A stretch of DNA of 64,000 bases from the human T2T-CHM13v2.0 reference genome, Homo sapiens: assembly GCF_009914755.1 (NCBI RefSeq), contig NC_060947.1; one strand, given 5' to 3'. This document shows, piece after piece, positions 1-11,997 of the stretch. The notes under the pieces were generated by a model. It ran no database searches, was not told the DNA's origin, and saw only the letters and a list, made by a program, of their open reading frames with translations. Numbering within the stretch: the stretch's first letter is position 1; each line of letters begins with the position of its first letter. The position numbers and the translations under genes are program-made.

Positions 1-173
1 TTTGTCCAAGGTCACTAACTGGCAAAATCAGGATTCAAAACTAGACCTTTTTGATTCTTAACCACTTGATATTAGAAGTACAGGCAGTTCAGAAATGGTA
101 GTGATTATTAAAATTGTTGTGTTGTACATGCTTAGTGCCAAAATCGAAGGAGACTTAGTTGCCCATACACCCA

Positions 174-703
174 GTGTGTATATATATATATATGTATATA
201 TACACGTATATATACGTGTATATATATATATATGTATATATACACGTATATATACGTATATATACACGTATATATACGTATATATACACGTATATATACG
301 TATATATACACGTATATATACGTATATATACACGTATATATACGTATATATACACGTATATATACGTATATATACGTATATATACACGTATATATACGTA
401 TATATACGTATATATACACGTATATATACGTATATATACACGTATATATACGTATATATACACGTATATATACGTATATATACACGTATATACGTATATA
501 TACGTATATATACGTATATATACACGTATATATATGTATATATACACGTATATATGTATATATACACGTATATATATGTATATATACGTATATATGTATA
601 TATACGTATATATGTATATATACACGTATATATATATACACGTATATATATGTATATATACGTATATATATATATACACACACACACATATATATATATA
701 TGT
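174..703. repeat. Compound tandem repeat of (TATATACG)/(TATATACACG) units with (TA)n/(CA)n edges
   Basis: Directly visible; explains the six low-complexity Y/I/T/R/V ORFs at 58-769. Confidence 0.97.
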
Positions 704-1027
704 TTACTCATCATATGTCTTGACAGCATCTTATTTCCTTATCCCCCTGACTGGGTAAACATGGAGTAGAAGCATATTCAAATATATGTGCGTGTATGCA
801 TCTATATATAGTAACTGAAGGTGAAGCTTGGGCTAATATCTGGAGGAAAAAATACAACAGCACAGGTGAGAGCTTCTCTCACCCCTACTCCTTGTGGGGC
901 AGAATGAACTAGCCCAAGTTGCACTCCCTGTCGTAGAGGTGTCACAAGGTGACACCTTGCATTCATGCTGATCTGCTTATATACACCCATGCTGGCCTTT
1001 TGCTGGTGGTTAGAAAGAGTTAGACGT

Positions 1028-1501
1028 TGTGGCAGCTATGGACACTGCTCAATTCTCCCTTCAAGCAGGAACATACCTTTCATCTGTGAGCAGGGAAGTT
1101 AACTGAGAACTTCTAGCTGTAGCACCTGCAAGATTTGCACTATATTTGAACCAATGCCATGGTCTTCCAGGGCAGCCTGTAGTCAATGACTGAGCACACT
1201 AAATGTACTCAAGTCTGGCCATTTCAGTCCAGTGTGGGGCTTTTCTCATGGGACATCTTTGTTGCACAGCTCTCTCTTGGATATGGTGAGACTTTGTCAG
1301 AGCCACATCACAGCCTGCCTAATTCTGCTTTTGTCCTTCTTTCCTTTCACAAGTGTCAGATGTACATCAAGGTCTGAATGCTTTCCTGCCCAACAGTGCC
1401 TCCTTTTCGATCTTTCACAGATATTAACTATCCCCCAATAAAGCTCTTTGACTCCTAACTCTATCACAATATATGCTTACTACTAGAGAACAAGAACTGA
1501 C
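1028..1501 (+). mobile_element. ERVL solo LTR, LTR16-like
   Basis: Starts TGTGGCAGC; contains caatgactgagc, gagactttgtcag and cccaataaa motifs as recalled for the LTR16A consensus. Confidence 0.75.
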
Positions 1502-2459
1502 CCGTGGGTTTCTGTTGCCTGTCCTTTGCTGAATTGAAGCACTGATCAATATTGAGAGTGAGCGGAGAGTGAGAGCCTGGTGGCTTCTCAGGCAGCTATC
1601 CTACTAGCCTGCTTGACTGTTACCACGGAAACATACACAGGGAAGGAAAACAAAAAAACAAAAAACAGGAGACAGGGACTCATGGCAAAACACCACTGCC
1701 AGGCTGTGGGAGAGGCTTCCCAGCCACTTGGGCAGAAGGCTTGGTTTCACAGCCAATTGCATTTGGCCTTGTAAGGGCTGGAGTTGAAGAGGGAATGGAG
1801 AGATACTTAAGCTGCCCAGGCCTGAGATACGGCGGCAGGGAATAGAGGATAGAGGGGAATGCTGGGTAATAGGAGTGTATGGCCCACATTGCACTATTAG
1901 TATTCACTAAGGGACCCCAGCTTCCTAGAGTCTTCACATCCTGGCAGCAAAATCCGCACTTAACCAATACTTTCCAAACAGAAGCTGACCTGCTAAAGAT
2001 TTCTGTATACCCTGGCCTTCTGGCCCACCCTACCTCCCACTCTTGCCTTTGTGTGTCCTTGAATCATTGCTCCAGAACAGAGATTCTGAATCTGGACTTG
2101 GGTCTATAGAACTGCTGGAACTTCCAGAGGGTGGTCTGTGATTCCCTCAAGGAAATTTTACAAATACTTATCTGGGAACAAGGGCCATAGCTTTCATTGG
2201 AGATTAGGAACTTTGGGTTCAGGGAAAGTGAGTCCATTTTTATGGATTAAGTAGGCAGTACTGGCACATAGTAGGTGCCCAAAAAATTATTACATAAATG
2301 AATGCATGACTAGAAAGAAGAAAATCAAGGTAGAAAAAATTAATTTAAGTGAGATAAGACATAAAACACTTAACACAGTACCTGACTCATGGTACCTGAC
2401 ACATGGTCAGTCTTTTCAACAAAAATCTAATACTCCAGGCTGAGTAAACAATAAGGTAC

Positions 2460-2800
2460 TTAACCATTTCTGTCATTGGATATACCAATTTTTCTCCATT
2501 TTTTCTTACACACTGAGACATTGAACATCTTTGTACACATATTTTTGCACACATGTGAGAACATACCTAGAGGATAAAGTTCTAGAAGTGCAATTGCTGG
2601 ATTAAAGGATAAGCACATTTTAAATCTTGATTAAAACCATGAAATTTCCCTCCAAAAAGGCTCTACCATTTCATACTCCCACAAAATGTATATGAGTGCT
2701 CATTTACCCACACTGTACTTATTAATTTTTAGGAAGTTGCCAAACTCATGAATGAAAAAACAGTATTGTGTTTTAGTTTATATTTCTTTAATTTTTAGAA
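2460..2800 (-). mobile_element. Old L1 (L1ME-like) fragment; further pieces at about 3870-4079 and 4645-4890
   Basis: Typical antisense L1M 3' sequence (ctagaagtgcaattgctggattaaagg, catactcccac). Confidence 0.65.
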
Positions 2801-2964
2801 AATATAACTCCTAAATGTATGCTTCAGTTATGACCTCCAAACTTATACTGTAAATCAACTGCCTACTCAAACGCCTGACAACTCTAATTTAATTTAATCA
2901 AAATCCTAAATTTTTTAAAGGTAGAACTAAAATATGGACAACCATAATATTTAAGATAGGAGAG

Positions 2965-3859
2965 CGTTAACATGTCCAAGCTGAACTGATCTTATCCTCA
3001 AATCTGCTCAACCTATGCACTATCCAATCTCTGAAAATGGCAACTCCATTCTTCCAATTGCTCAGGCCAAAAACATGGAACCATCCTGGATTCCACCCTT
3101 TCTGTCACACCCACAGATTCAGACACTTCTCACTACCTCCACCAATACCAGCCTGGTTTAAACCACTATCATCTTTTGACTGCATTATTGTTCAAGCTTC
3201 CTACATGATCTTCCTGATCCCATTCTAACTGTTCCCAACCCCAGTCTATTCCAAGTATAACAGCAAGAGTGTTTCTTTAAAAAACACGATTCAGATCACG
3301 TCAGTCCTCTGCTCAAAAACCCCCAAAGCTTTTCCATCTCATTTTAAATGAAAGGTAAAGTATTTTCAGTGGCTTACAAGGTCCCCACTGTCTGGCCCCT
3401 GCTGACTCTCTGGACCTCATCTTTCTCATGCTCACTCAACTCCAGCTGCTTGTCCTTTTTGCTGAATGTGGACCACTCTAGGAAAGACACCTACTTATGG
3501 TCTTTGCCCCTACTCACAAGGCTGTTCCACCAGATATCTTCCTTCATGCCTCATCCTCACACTTCAGTCCTTTTCTGCTAAAATGTAATATAATAAGAGA
3601 TCCTCTCTACCTATCCTTTCTAAGATAGCACATCCTTCAGCACTTTCTATCCCCCTACTTTGCTTATTTATTTTGTTATAAAGCACTTTTCACCACTAAT
3701 ATGTATCTTAATTTTTGCTATTTGTCTAAACCCACCAGAAAGTAAATTCCAAGAAGGTGAGGATTTTGTATATATCATTTATGACAGAATCCTGAGCACC
3801 TATTACAGTGCTTGGCATGTAGTAGCTGCTCATTAAATACTTGTTGAATAAATAAATGA
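2965..3859 (+). mobile_element. L2a 3' fragment
   Basis: aatggcaactccattcttccaattgctcaggccaaaa; canonical L2 end ttgttgaataaataaatga. Confidence 0.85.
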
Positions 3860-4079
3860 CCAAGATTAAGCATTAGTGAGGATGACCATTTGTGGTGCTT
3901 CATCTGTGAACTGCCATTTCATGTCCTTTGCCTGTTTTTCCATTGAAGTTCTTTTTTATTTCTTATTGATTTTTGTAGGAGACCTTTAGAGAAAGTGCAT
4001 ATTAATGCTTTGTCACCTGTTATAAATATTTTCTCCTTTTTGTCACTTGCCTTTTTATTTTGTTTATACTTTTGTCTAT

Positions 4080-4641
4080 TGTAATGATTAATTTTCTATG
4101 TCAATGCGACTAGGTTAAGGGATACCCAGATAGCTGGTAAAACATTGATCCTGGGTGTGTCTTTGAGGGTGTTTCTAGAAGACAGTAGCATTTGAGTCAG
4201 TAGATTCAGTAAAGAAGATGCACCCTCACCCTCATCATCCAATCCATCGAGGGTCCAGAGAGAACAAACAAGTGGAGTAAGGGAAAATTCACTCTATCTT
4301 CTTCTGCTGGAAGATCCATCTTCTCCTGCCCTTGGACATCGGAGCTTCTGGTTCTCAGGACTTTGGATTCAGCCTGAGTCACACCACCGTCTCTCCTGTT
4401 CCTCCAGCTTGCAGATGGCAGATCATGGAACTTCTCGGCTTCCATAATCATGTGAGCCAATTCCCGTAATAAATTCCCTCTTATCTATTTATCTATATCT
4501 ATCTATCTATCTATCTATCTATCATCTATCTATATCTCTATCAATCATCTATCTCTATCTATCGATCATCTATCTCTATCTATCTATCTAGCTATCTATT
4601 TATATCCTATTGGTCCTGTTTCTCTGGAGAACCCTAATACA
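4080..4641 (+). mobile_element. MLT2B-type ERVL solo LTR with internal (TATC)n at about 4483-4605
   Basis: TG...CA ends; cccagatagctggtaaaacatt; ends tctctggagaaccctaataca. Confidence 0.9.
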
Positions 4642-5828
4642 GCTGTGCAGCTATTTTATGATTTTTATCTGTTCCAGCTTGGCATTTTTTTTTTGTTTAT
4701 AACTTCTGATGTTCATGGAAAGCTTAACACAGTATTCCCTACCCCAAAATTACAAATATATGCTCTCATATTTTCAAGTACTTACATAGGTTTGGAGATA
4801 TTTGTTTTCCTTAAGCTTTCATAAGGTTTAGATTCATCTTAGATTTTTTTCATTAGATATATGCTGTCAGGCAGAGGTCTAACTTTATTTTGCACTTCTA
4901 TCTTCTACATCTGTATGCCTGTGACCCTTAGAAAAATGTATGTGGGACCCACAGACATAACTTGGCAGCAAGCACTGAGTTCATCACTCCTATAATGGAC
5001 CTTCCTATCAATCAGTGTGGTGGGAAAAAGTAAAATACCTTTGCCCACCACCACCCACTTCTGCAGCCAGATGAGAAACCAAGGGATTAGGGAGCAAAGG
5101 TACCATTAGTTCCTTCATTCTCAGTCAATGTTGAAAAGCTTTTCTGGACAGAGGAGGGGCAAATACATTCTTAGCATAACATATACTTGCAATAATTTGG
5201 ATGTGGTGTGTCCCTGCCAAAACTCATATTGAAATTTGATCTCCAATGTGTTAGGAGGTGGGGCCTGGTGGGAGGTGTCGGGGTCATGAAGGTGAATCCC
5301 TTATGAAGAGATTAAGGCCCTCCTGTGGAGGTGAGTTCTTCCTCTCACAGGAATGAATTAGTTCCTGTGAAAGTGGGTAGCTAATGTGAAATGTGATATA
5401 CAAATTGTATCACTCTGCTTCAGAGCTCTAAAATGGAGTTGGGAAGCCATTCTCAGAAGGACTACCTATACAACATGTGAACTTGCAAAACAGGAACTTG
5501 CCTTGAACTTTGAACTGGGCTAAACCACCACAACAACAGCATCCTGGAAAACAGCTGAATTTTGCCAGTGCTGCAACCCCTGAACAGTGACAACTAATGA
5601 ACTATAGGCTCATTTACAAAGCCAGCCACCTCCACCAATGATACTTTCAAAACAACTTCTGTAATCACCCTCAGCATCCTTTTAAAAATTGCTACTCTGC
5701 TTCCTCCCTTTGGCAGATAATTTGGCTTCTCGCTGAATCTGTGTCTCCCAAATTGCAATTCCTAAGGCCCTAATAAATGCTTGCTGCGTTGCACTCAGTT
5801 CTTTTGCCTCTTCTTGGTTGACGTTAAA

Positions 5829-5846
5829 TGGTGTCAGAAGTGGGAT
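5829..5846 (+). promoter_or_regulatory. Retroviral primer binding site for tRNA-Leu
   Basis: TGGTGTCAGAAGTGGGAT, complementary to the 3' 18 nt of tRNA-Leu, 5 nt after the LTR end. Confidence 0.9.
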
Positions 5847-6089
5847 ATGATGTTACTCTCTTACTATGCATTCTGGTGCTGCCACAGATTTGAGCACTGT
5901 ACCTGCAGGAACTCCTTGTGTTCCATCACCTCCCTGACAGCTCCATACTCTGTTAGTGAGTCCCCTCTTTTCCCTGACCCTCCTAACTTGGTTTGAGGTT
6001 CATATCTTTATTGGGTGTTCTTTGTTGCCAGCTGTCCACAAAGGAAATTTTCCCCTTGTGGTGAGTATTCATGAGGGCTTTTGCTTCTA

Positions 6090-6350
6090 AGAGTATAGGT
6101 GCTGAGTCACCCCTTTCTAGGAATCTCGGTTTCTTGGTGCAAAAATTACAATGCTTCATCTTGTGAATGTCTTTCTTGATGGACAAATATAACTGAAAGT
6201 GATTTGGAATTACAATGGCCAACCTGGTGATCTTTTGAATTTCCACAATGCATTTTCTTCCACAGTTAGAAGGGCTAAAAGAAAAGACCAAATAGCCTAA
6301 ATAGGATGTCTGCTTTAATTTGGTATCTTAAGGCATCTAAAAGACTCTAG
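6090..6350 (+). pseudogene. Decayed gag matrix remnant of the ERV1 element
   Basis: Translates YNASSCECLS*WTNITESDLELQWPTW*SFEF, resembling the gamma-type MA WPxxGSF motif, at the expected position after the primer binding site. Confidence 0.55.
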
Positions 6351-6906
6351 GAATCTAAACTAGTGTCTCTAAAAGATAACAATGCCAAATTAATTCAAAG
6401 ACTAAATTAGAAAAAACCCAGAAGCTTCTAAAAATGAAACAAATCTGGAAACAAGCACTTCTCTATTTGTCTTTGTCTTGTGTCTCCTCCCCTTCCTAGC
6501 CCTAGCTATTCCATTTCACTGCCATTCTTTGCACCCTCTTTGCTTATATGGTAAAAACTTATTCTAAACCTGAGCAATTCCTCCTGGGCTTTCCATAAAG
6601 AGGGTTATTGGATTGAGTCACTATTGGAATAATTATACCATTGGAAATTCTAATCATCAGTGGCCAAAAGATGGATCCTTTTAGAGATCTCTCATTCTAA
6701 ACAATTACCTTATTTGTATATAGGGGAGGATCAAATTTCTTTTAAAGGACATATAATAGTGTCATGCCTAGCCTTAGAAATTTTCTTGACTAAATTAAAG
6801 GGCAATCCTAAATCAAAGTTAAAATATTTTGTATGCTCAAACTGTCTGCTTTGGAGCCCATGCAGGATTTACCTCCCCCCACCCACCCCCCAAAAAAAAA
6901 CACTTT

Positions 6907-6979
6907 ACCCTATGGTCTAGGGCTGGGATTTGATGCTCTCACTGCCAGGGCCCAGGTTCGATTCCCAGTCAAGGAATCA
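6907..6979 (+). pseudogene. Decayed tRNA-Glu(CTC) copy inside the ERV internal region
   Basis: tggtctag...gctctcac...ggcccaggttcgattcccagtcaaggaa is collinear with human tRNA-Glu-CTC and is followed by TCA. Confidence 0.85.
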
Positions 6980-9900
6980 GTCTCTGCTGATGTAAGCCCT
7001 TAAACGCAGGAAAAGAAACATTTATTGAAAAATTGGTTTGATATTTATGTGACTTAACTTTTTGGGGTATTCATTTGTTATTGATCCTCTCCCCTCCCAT
7101 GAACATCTTTTGAGTTCCTGTCTTACCAACTTTCTCTTTTAATCCTTCATCTGTGGGTACATGGGATGGTCAGCTTTTGTGTGTAGACAGTCAGCTAAGA
7201 AGCTGAGATGTTAGAGAATATTGCTGGACACAAATGTGGGTTGTATCCCATTTGTGGCTAGCAAAACTGTCCTTTCTTTGAGCTGTCTTTGGGATGGTTC
7301 TGGGTCTTGTGAGGAATACTTTGCATTTGGAAATACCTCATGTGTCCTTGGTTAGGTCATATGCTTGGTTAAAGCTTTTCGGGTTTGGTGAGTCATTTGA
7401 AAGTCACCTTTGGGGGAAAAAAGTTCAAAAGCCAGTAATATTGACTGTTTTTCCTGGATGAAATCTGATAAGATATTTGAAAAGACACCCTTTTTATAGG
7501 AACACTATAGTCAGAAATCGGCTTAATTAAAAGTGGATTTTCAGGCTCTAATATTTTTAAAGGCCTTTCTGCTTTTTCTAGTTTAGATTCTGTTTTGGGG
7601 AATTTTTTCAGTCAACTGAAATCTCCTTTTCAATGATATGTTTGGTCCTTCTGTTTGCTCCCTTTCTTGTTGGCATGATTTTTGCTGAGAAAAAATGTAA
7701 AGCTTCATTGGTCTTTCTGGGAAACTTAAAATTGGCTCCCCAAATTGGCTCCACTAAGACTTGTTCCGTTTCCTTCCACTTCTCCTCCTCCTTCCTTTTT
7801 GTCATCTTCAATTCCATATAACAAAATCTAAAGGAGACTTCTAGCCTCCCTAAAACCCCATTAAAAGGTGCACAGAGAAAGGTGCCACACAACTCCTTTT
7901 TAAGATCTTCTGTTTTCCTTGTGGAGCCCCAAGAGTCATGGACAGGTTCCTTTCAGATCTCAAGCTCTGGTCTCTTTTGCATTGAGTTCCCTGGTCTCTC
8001 TGGCTTTTGGGGGTACCAAGGATTAGTTTATGCTGTGAGAGAAAACTTGACCTATGTGTGTTTGATGACTGGTGGGTCACTAGCAAGGGCTGCAGTTTTG
8101 AAGGTGGCTGACAGTGGTTATTTAGAGTGAATGGTTATTACTGCACAGGCTACTCATTTTTTTTTTTTGCATGTTTAAATTTTTAAAAAAATGTGGTTTG
8201 CACATTTGCAGGCCATGAGAACATTTGCCACTGAGGGATGACTCCTGTGGTGAATGGGCTGATCACAGAGTGGGCTAATGAGTATTGGGTCTCCCACCAC
8301 CTTCTGGAAATGTCTTTGCAGCGAAGTACACTGTGGAAGCCTTGCGCAGCCCAGTCCTGTAGTGTTTCTCTCTTTTGGAGGACAAGGGATTCAGTGTAAA
8401 GATGGGATCCTTGATTTGGGGAGATCTGGATGCTCTGCCTTCCAGCTGCTCCTGCTTTTCACATACATAAGTGTTAGGTCATGGAAAGTGCAAATGATTT
8501 GTTGGCCCTATTCTTTAATGGGCTCTGCCCTGAGCTCAGTGGTCCAGTTGAAAAACAGAGACTAAATTAGAAGCCACCTATCTAAAAATATTAGTCTTCA
8601 AAATATGGCTTTCTAGCATTTGGTTATTTTGAAAAGCTTTCTGAATTTTCCTAGGCTCATCTGTATAATCCTATGGTTAATTCCTATTTATTTTGCGTTA
8701 CATTGGTATCCATTTTTAATCTTTCTCTCACTAACACACCCAAACTCTTTCTTGAAAATGCTTAAATTCTCTTCCTGTGCTTTGAGATGTAAATTTTCTA
8801 CCCTCTTTTCTCTAAAACTCAGTAAAAGCTTTGGCCATGTGGGACAGATAAACTTCAACTTGTTCCATTTACAGAGGCACAATTTAATCCAACTTTCTTT
8901 TTAAACTAGTGAATTTCACCTGTCGCATGACTAATATTTTACAATCAAAGCTATACATTCTTTGTATTTTATGTATACATGTGTACATGTCGGTTTGTAC
9001 ATTGAATAAATGATACTAAATTTACTTATAAATAAATGAGTACTTATAAATTAAATAACTAGGCCATATGCTTTTTGAATTCACGTGACTTCAGTAATTT
9101 TTAGTAAATAAAGCTAGTTTAAAAATTGTTGGTAAAATAAAATAGAAATGTCTTCAGAATTTTAGATATAGTCACCTGAGTCTACCACTCAAACAAATGT
9201 ATGCCATCTCTACTAGATGTTTTAAGGTCATAAAAGTCTTGCTTCTGTGATCATTTTGAGGCTTGCTTGATGTGTCTGTGAGCTAAAGCTGTAATGGGAG
9301 GGTGATGGACCTCCCTAAAACCTTGTACACATCTTTCTGTGAACTTAAAGTCTTTTATTTTCAGCCTTTAAATACTGGGGTGTAGACAGGTGGCCATGGT
9401 GAAGCTGGAAGACATAGGTATGTCCACAGTGCCTAGGCCACAAGCTGCAGAGCAGAGCCAAGCCCAATATGGCCTCATCCTCTCTGGCCCAGCTGTGTCC
9501 CTGGCCATACTGGGAAGGGTCGGATCCTTCAGGCATTGTCTTCACAGCTCTGTCCCCTGTCCTGGGCTCTGCACCTGATATATATAACATTAAAATTACT
9601 TAACTCATATGTTTTACTCTAGAAATTTGGGTTACTGAAAGTTAAAATTATAGTTAATATATGTAATTAAAATTACTGGATATAAGAGAAACAATTCTGT
9701 ACACAGACTGCATAAGAAAAGTAGGATGTTTTTGGTAAGAAAGTTTATAAGAAAGACAAGTGAATGTGTTTTTTCTTCAAAGAAAAGTAATCTTTGTCTA
9801 GTTTAAAGGTGATTTAAAGGTTGCTTTTGTTAAAGGAATAAAAAAGAATTATAGATATACCTGAATGGATATAGAAAGTTGAGGAAAGAGAGAGAATGAA

Positions 9901-10403
9901 AAAAACTTGTAAGAGTTTATAAAAGAGTTGTGGAAATCTTATCTTATGTGGTCAGTCTAAGAATGGATAAATTTGTTTATAGAATTTTAGTAAAATTAGC
10001 TTTGTATTAATAATAGACCAATGTAAAGGTAGAATTTGATTTTCTCTTTTGAACAATATTTTTGTTTAGTAATAATAAGAAACAGTAAAAGACTAGTTCA
10101 ACTTTTAAGTAAATTGCAAAAAAGAGAGGAGTTTGCCTCATGCTGTCTTTATTAGGTCATTTGATTATTTAGAAAACTGTTTTCTGTCAAAGAGTAAAAG
10201 TTTTTAGCTTTGTGAAGCCTTTTTATTATCACTTTGGCTAAATGAATGACTATTATTTTACAGTGACCTGTGATCCTATTCTGATATCAAGTGTTTTAAA
10301 TCTTTGATATTTGACAAACTTCCCAAAATGAAATTTAAAATTCTAAATTAAGTCTTTTTGACTTTAAACAAACTTTTAGACATTTTTAAAAGATCCTCTG
10401 AGA

Positions 10404-10629
10404 AGGAGTTTGATACCAGCCTGGCCAATATGGTTAAACCCTGTCTCTACTAAAAAATACAAAAATTAGCTTGGCATGGTGGCATGCGCCTGTAGTCCCA
10501 GCTACTCAGGAGGCTGAGGCAGGAGGCTCTCTGGAACCTGGGAGGCGGAGGTTGCAGTGAGTGAGATCGTGCCACTTCACTCCAGCCTGAGCAGCAGAGC
10601 AAGACTCCATCTCAAAAAAAAAAAAAAAA
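10404..10629 (+). mobile_element. 5'-truncated AluS
   Basis: Alu body plus A-tail; 16-bp TSD aaaagatcctctgaga at 10388-10403 and 10630-10645. Confidence 0.95.
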
Positions 10630-11574
10630 AAAAGATCCTCTGAGAGTTCAAGAAAACATATTAGGCTTATTTTGTATGTTAAAATCAAATGGAAATCATT
10701 GTCCAATAAGAAATGGTGTTTAACTTTGAATTATGTTCATAGGGATGTTATTAATATGTGTTCCAAAATTGTGTGAGATTCAAAAAATCTGATATGTCCT
10801 AGTAAATTGCTGTATTCTGATGCTCTTTTTCTAAAAGGTCTTCGTAAATCTTAAAGTGTTGTGTCTTCAAGGAGGTTCATGGAAGAGGGTCTGACAGATA
10901 CTCTGAAATACAGAACTCTGCTTATGACATTCAAATTATTCAACTGTACTGGGTAAAATTTTTTTTAAAACTCTAATTTAAAAAGCTGTATTCATAAAAT
11001 TGGTAACCCAACATTAAGCAGAATAAGAATTAATTACATGAGACTAACTTGATGAAGGACTGAAATGATTTTTATGACTTTTTGCTAGAACCATTGCTAA
11101 TTCTTTTTATGGTTTTGTTTTCCAGAGTTAAGAATTTTTTTCCCTCTTAAGCTGTTTTTACCTTATATCAATGGGTAATGTATACTTTTGTTAACAAAAC
11201 TGAGACGTTTACCTTTCTCTTACCCGATTTATCTAGAATCCACAAATTATTCATGAGTATTCTTATTTTATGGCAATATAGTTGTCTGCCTAAGTTCAAT
11301 AAGAATCTGTTTTCTTCTGTGACAGGATACAATTGAGACACTGGTTATTTTACCAAGGCTTTGACTGGAATATCATATTTTTGAATGTGACCAGACTGCT
11401 TTGAGAAATTGAGATTGACTTTAAAGCCAATAGATGTGGAAAAAGACTGGCCTGGTACCTTGTCTACATGTTCCCCTACAGGGTTCCTGACCTTTCAGTA
11501 TTTAAAGAATGTCACTTTCTGATAGGTCCAGAAACCTCAAGGTATTTTGACAACTCTAACAAGAGAAGAATTCA

Positions 11575-11897
<323 letters not shown>

Positions 11898-11997
11898 TTA
11901 CAAGCACAAGTCTGACAGTGAATCCTTAGCTTGGCTTCCTACACTTAAGAAGCTTTTAAAAATCAAATCTGGTATTTCCTATTTTAAAAAGTTTCAG

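Noticed and set aside
174-703. CRISPR-like array
   Set aside because: No unique spacers and no cas genes; eukaryotic simple repeat.
58-769. Six overlapping 160-224 aa ORFs
   Set aside because: Artefacts of a stop-free alternating tandem repeat; low-complexity Y/I/T/V/R translation.
6907-6979. Functional tRNA-Glu gene
   Set aside because: Many substitutions and small deletions disrupt the stems; no oligo-T terminator directly after it.
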